From the human T2T-CHM13v2.0 reference genome, Homo sapiens: DNA of 64,000 bases. The position numbers and the translations under genes were made by a program. This document shows, piece after piece, positions 41,681-58,536 of the stretch (positions within the stretch are counted from its first letter, which is position 1; every line of letters starts with the position of its first letter). The stretch lies in NCBI RefSeq assembly GCF_009914755.1, contig NC_060926.1. One strand, given 5' to 3'. Under the pieces are notes generated by a model. The model ran no database searches. It worked only from the letters and a program-made list of their open reading frames with translations, and had not been told where the DNA came from.

Positions 41681-44600
41681 AAAAAGAAATTTAGTAGTTT
41701 GCCCAAGATCAAAATTGCCTGCAAAGGATAGGACAATTTGAGTTTCAAACCCAGAAAGTCTAGCTCTACAGCTGTTGGCCTTAACTACTGTTTCATACTG
41801 TTTAGAGTATAAACACCTGAATTAGATAGCCATGTATAAATTAGCATATTCTAAATGCCAAATTGAGACTAAAGACATGAAGGTAAACTGAAACTACTGT
41901 GAAAGACTTAATGGAAGAATTGTGACTTTTATTTGATTTTAAGTTCTGGGATACATGTGCAGGATACGCAGGTCTGTTACATAGGTAAATGTGTGCCAAG
42001 GTGGTTTGCTGCACCTATCAACCCATCACCTAGGTATTAAGCCCAGCATGCATTAGCTATTTTTCCTTATGCTCTCCCTCTTCTCACACACCCCTCAGCA
42101 GACCCCAGTGTGTGTTTTTCCCCTGCCTGTGTCCATGTGTTCTCATCTTTCAGCTCCCAGTGAGAACATGTGGTATTTGGTTTTCTGTTCCTGCGTTAGT
42201 TTGCAGATGATAATGGCTTCCAGCTCCATCCATATCCCTGTAAAAGACATGATCTAATTCCTTTCTATGGCCACATAGTATTCCAGGGTGTCTATGTACC
42301 ACATTTTCTTTATCCAGCCTATCATTGATGGGCATTTGGGTTGATTCCATGCCTTTGATATTGTTAATAGTGCTGCAATGAATATACGCACGCATGTATC
42401 TTTATAATAGAATGATTTATATTCCTTTGAGTGTATACCCAGTAATAGGGTCAAATGGTATTTCTGGTTGCAGGTCTTTGAGGAATTGCCACACTGTTTT
42501 CTACAATGTTTGAACTAATTTACATTCCCACCAAAAATGTAAAAGTGTTTCTGTTTCTCCACAGCCTCGCTAGCATCTGTTGTTTCTTGACTTCTTAATA
42601 ATCACCATTCTGACTGGCATGAGATGGTATCTTATTGTGGTTTTAATTTGAATTTCTCTAATAATCAGCAATATTAAGCTTTCTCTAAATATGTTTTTTG
42701 GCTGCTTATATATCTTCTTTTGAGAAGTGTCTGTTCATGTCCTTTGCCCACTTTTTGATGGGTTTTTTTTTTTCTTGTAAATTTGTTTATGTTCCTTGTA
42801 GAGTCTGGATACTAGGCCTGTGCCAGATGGATGGATTGCAAAAATCTCCCATTCTGTAGGTTGTCTGTTTTCTCTGATGATAGTTTCTTTTGCTGTGCAG
42901 AAGTTCTTTAGTTTAATTAGATCCCATTTGTAAATTTTTGCTTTTGTTGCAATTGCTTTTGATATTTTTGTCATGAAATCTTTGCCCGTGCCTATGTCCT
43001 GAATGGTATTGCCTAGATTTTCTTCTAGGGTTTTTATAGTTTTGGGTTTTACATTTAAGTCTTTACTCCATCTTGAGTTAATTTTTGTAAAAGATGTAAG
43101 GAAAAGGTCCATTTTCAATTTTCTGCACTATTTATTAAATAGGGAATCCTTTCTCCATTGCTTGTTTTTGTCAGGTTTGTTGAAGATCAGACAATTGTAA
43201 ATGTATGGTCTTATTTCTGAGTTCTCTATTCTGTTCCATTGGTCAATGTGTCTGTTTTTGTACCAATACCATGCTGCTTTGGTTACTGTAGCCTTGTAGT
43301 ACAGTTTGAAGTTGGGTAGGGTGATGTTGCCAGCTTTATTCTTTTTTCCTTAGGATTGTCTTGACTATACCAGCTCTTTTCTGGTTCCATATGAATTTTA
43401 AAATTTTTTTTCTAATTCTGTGAAGAATGTCATTGGTAGTTTAATCATTGAATCTATAAATTACTTTGGGCAGTATGGCCATTTTCATGATGTTGATTCT
43501 TCTTATCCATGAGTGTGGATTGTTTTTCGATTTGTTTGAGTCATCTCTGATTTCCTTGAGCAGTGGTTTGTAGTTCTCCTTGAAGAGGTCCTTCACATTC
43601 CTTGTTAGCTGTATTCTAGGTATTTTATTCTCTTTGTAGCAATTGTGAATGGGAGTTCATTCATGATTTGGCTTTATGCTTGTCTGTTGTTGGTGTATAG
43701 GAATACCTGTGATTTTTGCATGTTGATTTTTTATCCTGAGATTTTGCTGAAGTTGCTTATCTGCTTAAGAAGCTTTTGGGCTGAGATGATGGGGTTTTCT
43801 AGGTATGGGATCATGTCATGGGCAAAGACAATTTGATTTCTTCTCTTTCTATTTGAATACGCTTTATTTATTTCTCTTTGCCTGATTGCCCTGGCCAGAA
43901 CTTCCAATACTATTTGAATAGGAGTGGTGAGAGAGCATCCTTGTCTTGTGCCAGTTTTCAAGGGGAATGCTTCCAGCTTTTGCCCATGCAGTATGATATT
44001 GGCTGTGAGTTTGTCATAAATGGCTTTTATTATTTTGAGGTATGTTCCTTCAAACCTAGTTTATTTAGAGTTTTTAAGACGAAGGGATGTTGAACTTTAT
44101 CAAAGTCCTTCTTCTGCATCTAATGAGATAATCACGTGGCTTTTTTCTTTAGTTCTGTTCATGTGGTGAATTATGTATATTGATTTGCATACGCTGAACC
44201 ACCCTTGCATCCCAGGGATGAAGTAGACTTGATTGCGATGGATAAGCTTTTTGATGTGCTGCTGGATTCATTTTGCCAGCATTTTCTTGAAGATTTTTGC
44301 ATTGATATTCATCAGGGATATTGGCCTGAAGTTTTCTTTATTTGTTATATCTCTCCCAGGTTTTGGTGTGAGGATGACACTGGCCTCATAAAATGGTTTA
44401 CAGAGGAGTCCCTCCTTTCCAATTGTTTGGAATAGTTTCAGAAGAAATGGTACCAACTCCTCTTTGTACCTCTGGTAGAATTCAGCTGTAAATTCATCTG
44501 GTCCTGGGCTGTTTTGTTTGGGAGGCTATTTTTACTGCCTCAATTTCAGAACTTGTTATTGGTTATTGGTTATTGATTATTCTTCAGGGAATCAACTTCT

Positions 44601-45489
44601 TTGTGGGTCAGTGTGAGGAGGGTGTATGTGTCCAGGAATTTATCCATTTCTCCTAGATTTTCTAGTTTGTTTGCATAGAGGTGTTTATAGTATTCTCTGA
44701 TGGTTGTTTGTATTTCTGTGATATCCCCTTTATCATTTTTACTGTGTCTATTTGATTTTTCTCTTTTTTCTTCTTTATTAGTCTAGCTAGTGGTCTAGCT
44801 ATTTTATTAATTTTTTAAAAAAATCACCTCCTGGATTCGTTGATTTTTTGAAGGGTTTTTTTGTGTGTCTCTCTCCTTCAGTTCTGCTCTGATCTTGCTT
44901 ATTTCTTGTCTTCTGCTAGCTTTGGGGTTTGTTTGCTCTTGGTTCTCTGTAAATAGTTCTTTCAGTTGTGATGTTAGGATGTGGGTTTGAGATATTGCTA
45001 GCATTTTGATGGCAGCATTTAGTGCTATAAATTTCCCTCTTAACACTGCTTTAGCTGTGTCCCAGAGATTCTGGTATGCTCTCTTTGTTCTCATTAGTTT
45101 CAAAGAACTTCTTGATTTTTGCCTTAATTATTTTATTCACCCAGAAGTCATTCAGGAGTGGGTTGTTCAATTTCCATGTAGTTGTGTAGTTTTGAGTGAG
45201 TTTCTTAATTTTGAATTCTAATTTGATTGTGCCATGGTCTGAGAGACTGTTGTGATTTCAGTTCTTTTGCATTTGCTGAAGAGTGTTTTACTTCCACTTA
45301 TGTGATCAGTTTTAGAGTAGGCACCATGTAGTGCTGAGAAGAATGTATATTCTGTTGTTTTTGGGTGGAAAGATCTGTAGATAACTATCAAGTTCACTTG
45401 ATGCAGAGCTGACTTCAAGTCCTTTGTTGATTTTCTGTCGTGATGATGAGTCTAATATTGACAGCAGGGTGTTATTATCTCCCACTGTT

Positions 45490-47066
<1,577 letters not shown>

Positions 47067-47410
47067 TATCTCCCACTGTTATTGTGTGGGAGTCTAAGTC
47101 TCTTCATAGGTCTCCAAGAATGTGTTTTATGAATCTGGGTGCTCCTGTATTGGGAGCATATATAATTAGGACAGTTAGCTCCTCTTGTTGAATTGAACCC
47201 TTTACCATTATATAATGCCCTTCTTTGTCTTTTTCGATCTTTGTTGGTTTAAAGTCTCTTTTGTCAGAAACTAGGATTTCAACTCCTGCTTTTTTCTGCT
47301 TTCCATTTGCTTGGTAAATTTTCCTCCATCCCTTTATTTTGAGCCTATCTGTATCTTTGCATGTGAGATGGATCTCTTGAATACAGCACGCCAATGAGTC
47401 TTGACTCTTT

Positions 47411-47703
47411 TTTTTTTTTCTTTTTTTTCTTGATGCAGAGTCTTGCTCTGTCGCCCAGGCTGGAGTACAGTGGCATGATCTTGGTCACTGCAACCTCTGC
47501 CCCCAGGTTCAAGTAATTCTCCTGCCTCAGCCTCCCAAGTAGCTGGGATTACAGGCATGTGACACCACGCCCAGCTAATTTTTGTAGTTTTAGCAGAGAT
47601 GGGGTTTCACCATGTTGATCAGGCTGGTCTTGAACTCCTGTCCTCAGGTGATCCACCCACCTCGGCCTCCCAAAGTGCTTGGATTACAGGCATGAGCCAG
47701 GGC
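47411..47703 (-). mobile_element. AluS nested at the start of L1 ORF2
   Basis: AGAGTCTTGCTCTGTCGCCCAGGCTGG..TCAGGTGATCCACCCACCTCGGCC. TSD CTTGACTCTTT at 47400-47410 and 47704-47714. Confidence 0.96.
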
Positions 47704-50419
47704 CTTGACTCTTTATCCAGCTTACCATTCTGTGTCTTTTGATTTGGGCATTTAGCCCATTTAATTGAAGAATAATATCTTTATGTGTGAATTTGATCCT
47801 GTCATCATGATGCTAGCTAGTTATTTTGTAGATTTGTTAGTGTAGTTGCTTCATAGAGTCATTGGTCTGTGTACTTCAGTGTGTTTTTGTAGTGGCTGCT
47901 AATGATTTTCCCTTTCATATTTAGTGCTTTTCTCAGGAGCTCTTACAAGGCAGGCAGGCCAGGTGGTGACAAATTCCCTCAGTATTTGCGTGTCTGAAAA
48001 GGGTTCTATTTCTCCTTCACTTATGAAGCGTGGTTTAGCCAGATATGAAATTTTGGGTTAGAAATTCTTTTCTTTAAGACTGTTGAATATTGGCCCCCAG
48101 TCTCTGCTGGCTTATAGGGTTTCCACTGAGATGTTTGCTGTTAGTCTGATGGACTTCCCTTTGTAGGTGACCTGGCTTTTCTCTCTGGCTGCCCTTAACA
48201 TTTTTTCCTTCATTTCTACCTTGGAGAATCTGATGACTATATGTCTTGGGGTTGATCTACTCACGGATTATCTTACGGGGGTTCTCTGGATTTCCTGAAT
48301 TTGAATGTTGGCCTGTCTTGCTAGGTTGGGGAATTTCCCTCGGATGATATCCTGAAGTATGTTTTCCAATTTGGTTCCATTCTTTCCATCTCTTTCAGGT
48401 ACCCCAATCCGTCATAGTTTGGTCTTTTTACATAATCCTTATAGTTCTTGGATGTTTTGTTTGTTCCTTTTCATTCTTCTTTCTCTAATCTTGTCGCCTG
48501 TCTTACTTCAGCAAGATAGTCTTCAAGCTCTGAGATTCTTTTCTCCATTTGGTCTATTCAGCTATTGATAGTTGTGGTTGCATTGTGAAGTTATTCTGTT
48601 GTGTTTTCACCTCCATCAGGTCATTTACGTTCCTCTCTAAACTGTTTATTCTGGTTAACAGCTCCTGTTTTATCATGGTTCTTCACTTCTTTGCATTGGG
48701 TTAGAACGTACTCCTTTAGCTTGGTGAAATTTGTTATTACTCACCTTCTGCAGCCTACTTTTGTCAGTTCATCCATCTCACCCTCAGCCCGGTTCTGTGC
48801 TCTTGCTGGAGAGACGTTGTGATCATTTGGAGGAGAGAGGCACTCTGGCTTTTTGAGTTTTCAGAATGTTTGCATTGGTTCTTTCTCATCTTCATGAGCT
48901 TATCTACCTTTGACCTTTGGGGCTGCTGACCTTTGGATGGGGTTTTTGTGGGGTTCTTTTCTGTTGATGTTGCTGTTTTGTTGTTTTCTGTTTGTTTGCT
49001 TTTCTTTTAACAGTTAGGCCTCTCTTCCACAGGGCTGCTGTGGTTTGCTGGGGGTCCTCTCCAGATCTTATTTACCTAAATCCCTTCCACACTTGGAGGT
49101 GTCACCAGTGGAGGCTGCAGAACAGCAAAGATGGGAGCTCTGTCCCAGAGGAGCACCAACCTGATGCTGGCCAGAATGCTCCTGTACAAGGTGTCTGGTG
49201 ACCCCTTTTGGGGGGTCTCCCCAAGTCAAGAGGCATGGGATCAGGGACTCACTTAACGAAGCACTCTGGCTACCCCTTGGCAGAGCTGGTGCACTGCTCT
49301 GGGGAAAATCCCCTTTGTCTGGTCTGCCTGCACTCTTCAGAGCCAGCAGACAGGAAAGACTAAGTCCACTGAACCCACAAGACTGCGTCCTCTCCTCCCC
49401 ACAGGGCCTCCATCCCAGGGAGATCAGATTTCTCTCTGTAAACGCCTGGATGGAGTTGCTGAAATTCTCACAGGGATGCCCTGCCTGGTGAGGAGGGATG
49501 GATCCAAATCCGACCTAAAGAAGCAGTCTGGCCACAATCTGCCGCAGCTGCTGGACTGCACTGTAGGGAATTCCTCCAGGTCCAAACTACTCAGTATCCC
49601 TAGCACTGGTAGGGGAAAGCGGCCGACTGATGCTGCAGTGATGGAGGCTGTCCCTTTCCCTCAGTTCGTCTTAGGCACTCTCCAGCCTGCTGCCCGTGGT
49701 CACAACCTGAGCCTGCCGAGAGTCCTCACAGCCCTGTGCTTGGGTCCCAAGGCACTAGTGGCATGGGTTCATGAGGGGATCTCCTGATCTTCAGGTTTCA
49801 CAGATCCATGGGAAAAGTGTGGTTTACCAGGCAGGTACTACAATCACTCACCTCCTCCCTTGGCTGGGGGTGGGAGCTTCCTTTGCTCTGTGTGGCTCAT
49901 GGGTTGGCTGTCACTCTACCCTGCTTTTTCTCGCTCTCCGTGGGTCACGCCAACTGCCTAGTCAGTCTCAATAGGGGAGCCTGGATACTTCAGTTGAAGG
50001 TGCAGGATTCACTTGTTTTTGTTCTCTGTGACTTGACTTTCATTGGTTTCATTGTACTTCCTTCTGGTTTCGTTTCCACTAGAAATAATATACGCACAGT
50101 TCCTGGCATAGCTTCTCAATAAATTGCAGTTATTATTATCATAATCTTTCTGATAATTTTGTCTCAATCTTCCTCAAGGTGTGCAGCCTACTGTTTGCAA
50201 AAAACAAATCTGATCTATATCCATGATTTAAATCGACTGTTGGTGGCTCTTAATAGTGACTATGCATCAGAATCAAATACGTAGGATTTAATAACATTGA
50301 ATCCCCAAATTTATTTCAGAAGCACTAAATAAAATCTATGGAGATAGAACCCAGGCTTGAATATTTTCAAAAAACATTCCAAGTAAATATAATTAGCAGA
50401 CAATGTTGAGAATTGCTGC

Positions 50420-51650
50420 TTTACATACTGATGACTTCCATATCTATAGCTGAAATATATACCTTAACCTCTGTTTAGTGTTGTAGACATTGCATCCTGG
50501 TAGACATCTCTGCTCATTTGTCTTATAAATATCTCAAACTTGATATGTATCAAACTAAATACACTATATTCTCTTCAAAATGTTTTTGTCTTTCATAGCA
50601 TGACAACCTGACAATCATCCTCAACTTCCTTATCGCAACCTCAAAACCAATTAATCAGCAAGTTAGGTAGATTCTTTCTCTGAAGGAGTTCAAAATCTGC
50701 CCGTTCTTTTCTTTCTCTTCACCTGGACTATTGTAACCATTTCTTAACTGGTCTTTTTCTTCCCCTCACCTCAACCATCCAAAAACCAATTCACTCACTT
50801 CTGAGCTGCCAGAGTACTCCTTCTAAAATGTAAACCAGAATCAGGGGTTTGCCTACTTAAACTCATTGAAAGGCTCACCATTACTTTCAAGATAATTTTT
50901 AGAGTTATTTTCATGGCATAAAGGCACTTAGTGCTTATTGGTCATCTCCTGCCACATCCCAAATATACCCTTCAATCACTTCATCTATACTGAGGCATTG
51001 GTAGTTTCATCACATGTTTATTCACCACTTATTCATTTGCTGAACAGGTACTTTGTGAACATCTATTATTTCTTAAATGCTGGGGGAGCAGTGTGAACAA
51101 GACAGATATAATCTTTAGTGCAGCGTGCTATGGGAATCTGAAACAGGCAATTTACCAAATCTGGGGGTTGTCAAGAAAAGCTTCTCTGAAGTAGTGATTT
51201 TTAAACAGTCATCTTTAGTTAAATTTAGTCTTAAATTCTACTGTTTAGATAGAAAGAGGCAGACTCTCTCAAGCCTCTTAAAATGTGGTCCCTTCTGTCT
51301 TTAATGCCATTGCCCCCTCATTTATGTTTGTTTTTGTCTTGCTGACCTTTTCTTATTCCTTAGGATTTATTTACATTAAGTAGCACTTCCTTTTGAAACA
51401 TTCCCACATCACTGAAACAACTAATTCTTAGTTGTTTTCTTCTAATGTTTTTCTGGATTCCAGGATTTACCTTAGTTGAAGCACCATATATGCATTATTA
51501 GAGTCATTGATTTTATTCTTTCTTAACTGTGAACTGTTTAAGGGCAAAGGCATTAAATACACATCTTTTATTTCTTTAAAGCCATAACTTATATGGTGCT
51601 TGGCACATAGTTACTGCTTACTAAATTTTTTGTTGAATAAGAAAATGAAG
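50420..51650. mobile_element. L2 relics
   Basis: CTGATGACTTCCATATCTATA, CACCTGGACTATTGTAAC, TGTGAACTGTTTAAGGGCA..GTGCTTGGCACATAG..TGTTGAAT. Confidence 0.65.
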
Positions 51651-51814
51651 AATGAGAATGAAATGTTCATGAGCAAATATGGCCTAAATCGCTTTGAACA
51701 CTAGTAGGAATTCATATTGGCTGAGGTATGTAAGTATGGCTGGGCCAGACTCTGAGGTGCTTTAAAGTGAAATTGAGGAATTTTAGATTTTACATTTAAC
51801 TAATATATTACCTT

Positions 51815-52025
51815 TGTAGTATGGCACATTGACTAGAAGCATTGACCTGTCTTCAAACTCTTTCCACTTTTTGTAGCTGAGTGGTCCTGGGAAACTTTTT
51901 TCACCTCTTTAAGTCTCAGAATACTCATCTGTTTTAAAGATTTTTAAGGAGATAATGTATGCAAAGTTTTAGCATTGTTTCTGGCACATTGTAAGCCTTA
52001 TGATGAATGTTAGCTATTACTGTAA
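51815..52025 (+). mobile_element. MIR relic
   Basis: CACCTCTTTAAGTCTCAG..CTCATCTG and GAGATAATGTATGCAAAG..CTGGCACAT. Confidence 0.65.
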
Positions 52026-53209
52026 TTATATGCAACACTGAAAAAAGTAAGACAGCTAAGGAACTAACAGTTTCAGAATGCAAAGTCAGAATTATTCAAT
52101 GATTAACCATTCAGATAACAGTCAGAAAACCAAAATTTCAGTTCTAGTTCTAGCTCTCCTATTGGCTTGCCTGTATCTTAATTTTCTCCTACAAAAAAAT
52201 TACAGTAAAAATACTAGATTTATGCTCTTCTCACCCGGGTGGTGTAATCATTTGAGATGTCTAAAGAAAAAACTCAGTCAAATTTTAAAAAGTGGGGATT
52301 TATAACCTTTGAAATCAATTTTCCTATTGTATTGGCTTAATGGATACTGCCATCCTTTTGCCAAAGCCGTGCCATCTGTCTGGAATACCCTATTCACCCT
52401 GATCCTTTTTGTCCTTTAATTGTTGGTTTTAGCATAAGTTAGTGGGATTAGGTTCTCATTTATATATCCCTTAGAATACTAAACCTACTTCTGGCATAAT
52501 ATTTACCATGTATAACATTTAAAAGCACACATACTTGCACGTCTTCTCCCTTAGAATGTGAAATCTTAGAAAGCAAGTGTGTCTTTTAATTCAGTATTCT
52601 CATTACCTAGTACAGATTCTGGCACATGTTAAATGATTAGTAAGTATCATCTATTAATGATGTCTCAATAGATTATGTTTTATAGATTTAAGAATATTTA
52701 AAAATGCTTTAGGGCAACAAAAAGGAGATTTCTGAAGCTCATTGAGGGGTTGTTTACTGTGAAGTGGAGATTAGAAAAATAACAATTACAATGAATAATA
52801 ATAGTAAGAGTAACTATCAAATAATAGGGATACAAATAAGTATTATTTTGGCTACTTACTCTGAAAACATAGTAGAATTAAAAATGAAGTAAAATGAGGA
52901 GGCTTTAGGTAAAACTAGCTAATACAACATACACAGCTACTTTTCCTATCTCCAGAAGTCCTGTTAAAAAGACAACTAAGGGAATTTTCTAAACCGCTCC
53001 TCTCCCCCAAAACTAAATGAATGTGGGGAGAATGTTAGAGGGAAAAAATTGACGAAATTTTGTAAGCAGAAAGGCAGAATGAAAATGTTAAGTGTCTTGG
53101 CCCACTGAGAAATCAGAATTATAAATTGGCAGTGGCAAAAGCTGAAATCCAATCCAATTTACAGTGACACAACCTGAAAAGGCACCAGGTACCTTTGTAA
53201 GAGAGAATT

Positions 53210-53556
<347 letters not shown>

Positions 53557-54844
53557 TCACACTTCCAAATACTCTTTCTCCTCACTTCAGATAGCCATGC
53601 AAATCTCCCACCCCTACTCCAGCAGAATACTGGAATTTTATTCACTGGAGAGGGTTATTCAAATTTGCTTTGGACTATGTAACCCAGGTACAGTTAAAGG
53701 TGGAAAACACTATCTTAAGAACAGATGGATTCAGTGAGAAAGCTGCAATATCAACTCTATTCCTTCATCTTATTCCTAGAGCTGGCAGCCAGGCCTTCAG
53801 TTACCAGGCAGGATATTGCAGGATCCTTCCCTGTGGAATCTAACCAGCTCAAGAAGAAAGCCCCAAACATATTGAAATCAGTGTTCCCCCCAAAAAACAA
53901 CTAAACCAAATACTTTACAGTGTGCTCAAAGTTGACAAGCTCAATCCACATTCTCAGGGCTTCTTCAGTATTTAGTTCACACTCTTAAATATGAGCAGAT
54001 AACCAAAGATTATGCAATCTCTGAAGAAAACTTCCAACATAAAAGATAGAAGCCAATACATTAGGAAAAAGAAATATTTTGGGAGCAGAGAGTAGGATGG
54101 GAGAAAAATCTTTCCAAATTTTGTCATTAAAACCCTTAGAGAGGACAAGAAACTGAATCTATTAAATAAAAAGAAGGTGCTATTACACAGGAACATTGAG
54201 AGAACAAATAAGAGTTCTTGGAAATTGAAAACATGATAGCTGAAGTGAAACACTAAACACAATGAAAGGAAAATAAAGATGAGGTAATCTCCAAGAAAAT
54301 TGAGAGGAAGGTGGAAAATAGAATAGAAAGAATGAGAAAATTAGAAGACACAAAGTCTAAAATCTGACATAACAGTTCCAGAAAGAGAAAACAGAAAATA
54401 GAAATAATCCCAACAAATTTTAAAATATTATGAGAACAAAAGGACTGGTGTATGATTTAAAGAGCTCACCAAATGCACAGCATAATAAATAAAAATAGTA
54501 CCACACCAAGGGCACATCATCATCAAATTGCAAAAGACTGAGATTAAAGAGATTCTAAAAGCTCTGAGAAAAAGAACTGACAAACTTCTATCAAGCCTCA
54601 TAAATAAAAATGAAAGTGAAGACACAAATTACCAATATCAGGAATGAGAGAGTGAATATTACTATAGACTCTCCAGACATTTTAGTATTAACAAGGGAAT
54701 ACTAGGAAAAGTCTATGTACATAAATCTGTCAACTTAGATGAATGGAACAATTTCTTGAAAATTATATACTACCAAAACTCACCCCAAATGAAATAAATT
54801 GAATAGTCCTATAACTATTCAGTCCTAAACTGAATTCACAGTTA

Positions 54845-55171
<327 letters not shown>

Positions 55172-56269
55172 TTCTAGCCAAGATTTTTCACTGGAGAATT
55201 CTCTTAAAAATTAATGAAGTAATAATGCCAATTCTACATAATTTCTACTAGAAAATAGAAGACAAAAAAGACACTTCCCAAATCATTTTATGAAGCCAGA
55301 ATTAACCATGATACCAAAATCACACAAAGGCAATACAAGAAAATGTGCAAACTAATATCCCTCATGAACATCAACGCAGATATCTTCAACAAAACATTAG
55401 CAAATTAAGTCCACAAATCTATGAAAAGACTAATATATTGTGACCAATTAGGTTTTATCTTGGGAATGAAAGGCTGGTTCAATATTTGAAAACCAAGCAA
55501 AGTAATCCACATTAACAGAATAAGCAAAACCATATGATCATTTTAATTGAGGCAGAAAATGCATTTGACAAAATTTCACATTCATTCTAGAAAAAAAAAA
55601 TCAGGAAACTATAAATAGAAGGAAACTTCTTCAACCTGAAAGGGCACCCCTCAAAACCTACAGTTAATGTAACACTTAATGGTGAAAGACTAAATGCTTT
55701 CCACATAAGATGAGGAATAAGGCAAAGATGTCAAATATCACCACTCTTATTCAACATCATACTAAAACCTAGCAAATGCAAAAGGCAAGGCAAGGAAAGA
55801 AAAACCATGAAGTTTGGAAAGAAATAAATAAAACCATTTATATCCACAAACAACATAATTCTCCCAAGGAATCTAAAAAACAAAGAACGCCTCCCCCAAC
55901 CAAACTCATAAAACTGGTTTAACAAAGTTTCCAGATACAAGGTTAAACACAGATATCAACATACAAAAAAGTGTGTTCAGAAAGGTATAGCATAAAGGAA
56001 TTTTTTGAGGTGATAGAACTAATCTGTATTTTGATTGTGATGGTGATTATAGGAATCTATACATGTGATAAAACTTATAGAAATATACACAAAAGTTTTT
56101 TTTAAAAAAAATTGTAGGAGAAGATCATACAATTTGTAAGATGCACTATAATAGTAATAAATGCAAAAATGTTTGACTATAAGTTTTAAAATAAAGCGAA
56201 TTTTTTTTTCACAGAGGAAGTACACCTCTCTATTCCTTAAGAATAGTATTGTATCTGAAAAATTGTGCT

Positions 56270-57285
56270 CAGATTTGGGTCCTACGTTAAAAAAAGTTAG
56301 CAAACTAGAATTTCTAGAGAAGTTGATGCAAACAGGGAAAGGTTTAAAAGACATGTCAGATTAGGAACTTCTAGTAGGAAGCTGTTGTTGCCTTCTCATC
56401 ACCTTTCACTAGGTCTTTTCCATAGGATGAGAAGTGACTTATTTGATTGGTGAGGCCACGTCAGTTTGGTTTTCACTGGTCCTCTTTTATTTGTAACACT
56501 GAGTTAATGTGGCTGCCCAAATCCATATTAGGTTTGCTGGAATATAAAGCCGGCCAAGATAAGGCTTCTTGGGTTACTGAATGCTCTGCAAACCCAAACA
56601 GGCTAAAATGTAGATCCAAACGCCTCAAATAAGAGGAAAGAGTGAAAAGAGCATTTTAGCCTCAGGTCTAAGCTGTACTTCACAGAACAATACATTAATT
56701 AATTAACAGCTGATAATTTAATTACTTTGTTGCACTTTTATCTCTGTCTCAGAGAGGAGAGGAGCATAATTCATACTTTCTCATTAGAAACTTAAACATG
56801 TACTTGACAAAGAGAAGACTTAGGACTAACAGTATTATCTTCAAATATTTAAAATATCATCAAACAGAGGAAGGACTAGAATTAGTTATACAGCTTCAGA
56901 ATGGGAAAAAAATAAAACAAATGCATTGAAATAATAGGGAGACAGATTTTGGTTTCATTTGTCCATTCATTTGTTCACTCATAAAACAATCTATTATCTG
57001 TCTATTTATCTATTATCTCTCACTCATAAAACAACCTATTATCTATCTATTTATCTATTATCTATCAACCATCATCATTATCTTCTTTGTGATAAATCCT
57101 GAGAATGTAAGGTGGTCTCACATTCTAACAATATTTCTGAATATTATAATTTTCCAAAAATAGAGCCGACTTCCTTGTGTAGTAGTTAGGTCTCTGTCCT
57201 GAATTTGTTCAAACAAAGGTTAGTTAGGTGTGTCGTAGTTGGATATGGTAAGACATTGGACTAGATGACCTCTAAGAGTACTTCC
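56270..57285 (+). mobile_element. L3/CR1 LINE relic (fragments)
   Basis: AGAGAAGACTTAGG..TCTTCAAATATTTAAA..GAGGAAGGACTAGA and 3' end TTGGACTAGATGACCTCTAAGAG..CTTCCA. Confidence 0.6.
56975..57063. repeat. 45-bp-period tandem duplication of a (CTAT)n-like tract
   Basis: TCACTCATAAAACAA(T/C)CTATTATCT(G/A)TCTATTTATCTATTATCT at 56975-57018 and 57020-57063. Confidence 0.92.
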
Positions 57286-57503
57286 AGAAAGCATAAAAGT
57301 GTAATTTCCCATTGGAAAATAAAGGAAGAACTAGTGTCAGTGAAATATAATCAGAACCACATCTCAAGGCAAATTTTGTTTTTCATAGATTATCCATTAC
57401 ACTATTGAACCTAATGTTAAACCATATTCATAACAACTGGTAAAGAGCTCTGAAGTTAACCACGTAAGAAGTAGCTGATATTATTTTTATTTCTCTTTTG
57501 CAG

Positions 57504-57625
57504 GTTGACCTATAGTATTTACAGTTAGATAACAACAATGAGATCCTAATTCCAATAACAATTGGTGAATCATGAAGATGTACATTTCTAGTCATTTAAT
57601 AAATGTTGTTTTGAATTGAAATTGT
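57504..57625 (+). other. Candidate short 3'-terminal exon of an unidentified + strand transcript
   Basis: Branch-like CTGAT at 57475-57479, AG-free pyrimidine tract TTATTTTTATTTCTCTTTTGCAG|G, stops in all frames within 25 nt, TGTA at 57579-57582, AATAAA at 57598-57603, downstream GT/T-rich tract. Confidence 0.5.
57598..57603 (+). terminator. Candidate polyadenylation signal AATAAA
   Basis: Canonical hexamer with upstream UGUA and downstream TGTTGTTTTT and GTTTGCTTGTTTG. Confidence 0.45.
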
Positions 57626-58536
57626 ACTAGTTTGCTTGTTTGAACAATCCAACAACGACTTCAGTGAAAGAAAAAGTATTGTTTTTCTTTTTATAAAATC
57701 ATTGAATGCCTGGCACATGGTAGGTATTCTGAGAGTAAATGTGAATGCATGAGTTCTCCACAGATTAAATGAGAATCTCTTTTTAAAAATAATTAGGTAG
57801 TTGAATTTATCTGACTTCATGGGTTCAGTGTACCACTGGTCTTTTGAATATTTTCCTCTATTTTTTTATAATGCTTGTTAAAATGTTATATTTAGGGGGG
57901 AAAACTTTTGCAATGCTGCTAAAGTCATGTTTAGAGGAAAATTTATAGCTTAACATCTATATATTCAAAGATAAATAACAATAAACACATGTTATTTAGT
58001 GCTCTTTAGTAAGTAAATTTTAAACATTAGACACAAGAATTGGAAGTAGTTACTTTTAGGGAGGAAGAATTGTAGGGACAGTTTTCTTCATAGCAACACT
58101 GTGAAACTATTTGACTTTTAAATTTACAGACATATGTAACTTTGACAAAAATGAAAGTAGGAAAATAATAGATGCTTACAGCTTTAATTTAAACTAAAAT
58201 TAGTTTAACTTATTACTCAGAAAGTAAATTTAGGTGAATAGGTGTCAAGAGATCTAATATGATGAATGGAATGAATCAGTCCTATAATTTGTTTCTTTCA
58301 TTATAATCTCTGTTTTTTGATGGGTTACAAGCTTAACCCATGAGATTATACATGACTTAAAATTTACATCTTATTTTTAAATTTTTTACTCTTTCTGGGC
58401 TGTTTTCCTGTCAAAATTCCCTGAATATAGTTTAAAATCAGAATTAGACACATATCAAATCAGTAATGCAGACAATATTGAAAAGTTACTTATATTCTCT
58501 GATTTCTTATTAATTAATTATTGTATATATTTAAGG

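Noticed and set aside
48359-50122. Cluster of + strand ORFs in GC-richer DNA resembling a promoter or gene
   Set aside because: This is the antisense of L1 ORF1 and the 5' UTR. CpGs are largely decayed, so it is not a CpG island.
56019-56364. Overlapping 111-aa and 67-aa ORFs
   Set aside because: They are low-complexity AT-rich frames overlapping L1 and L3 remnants, with no splice or homology support.
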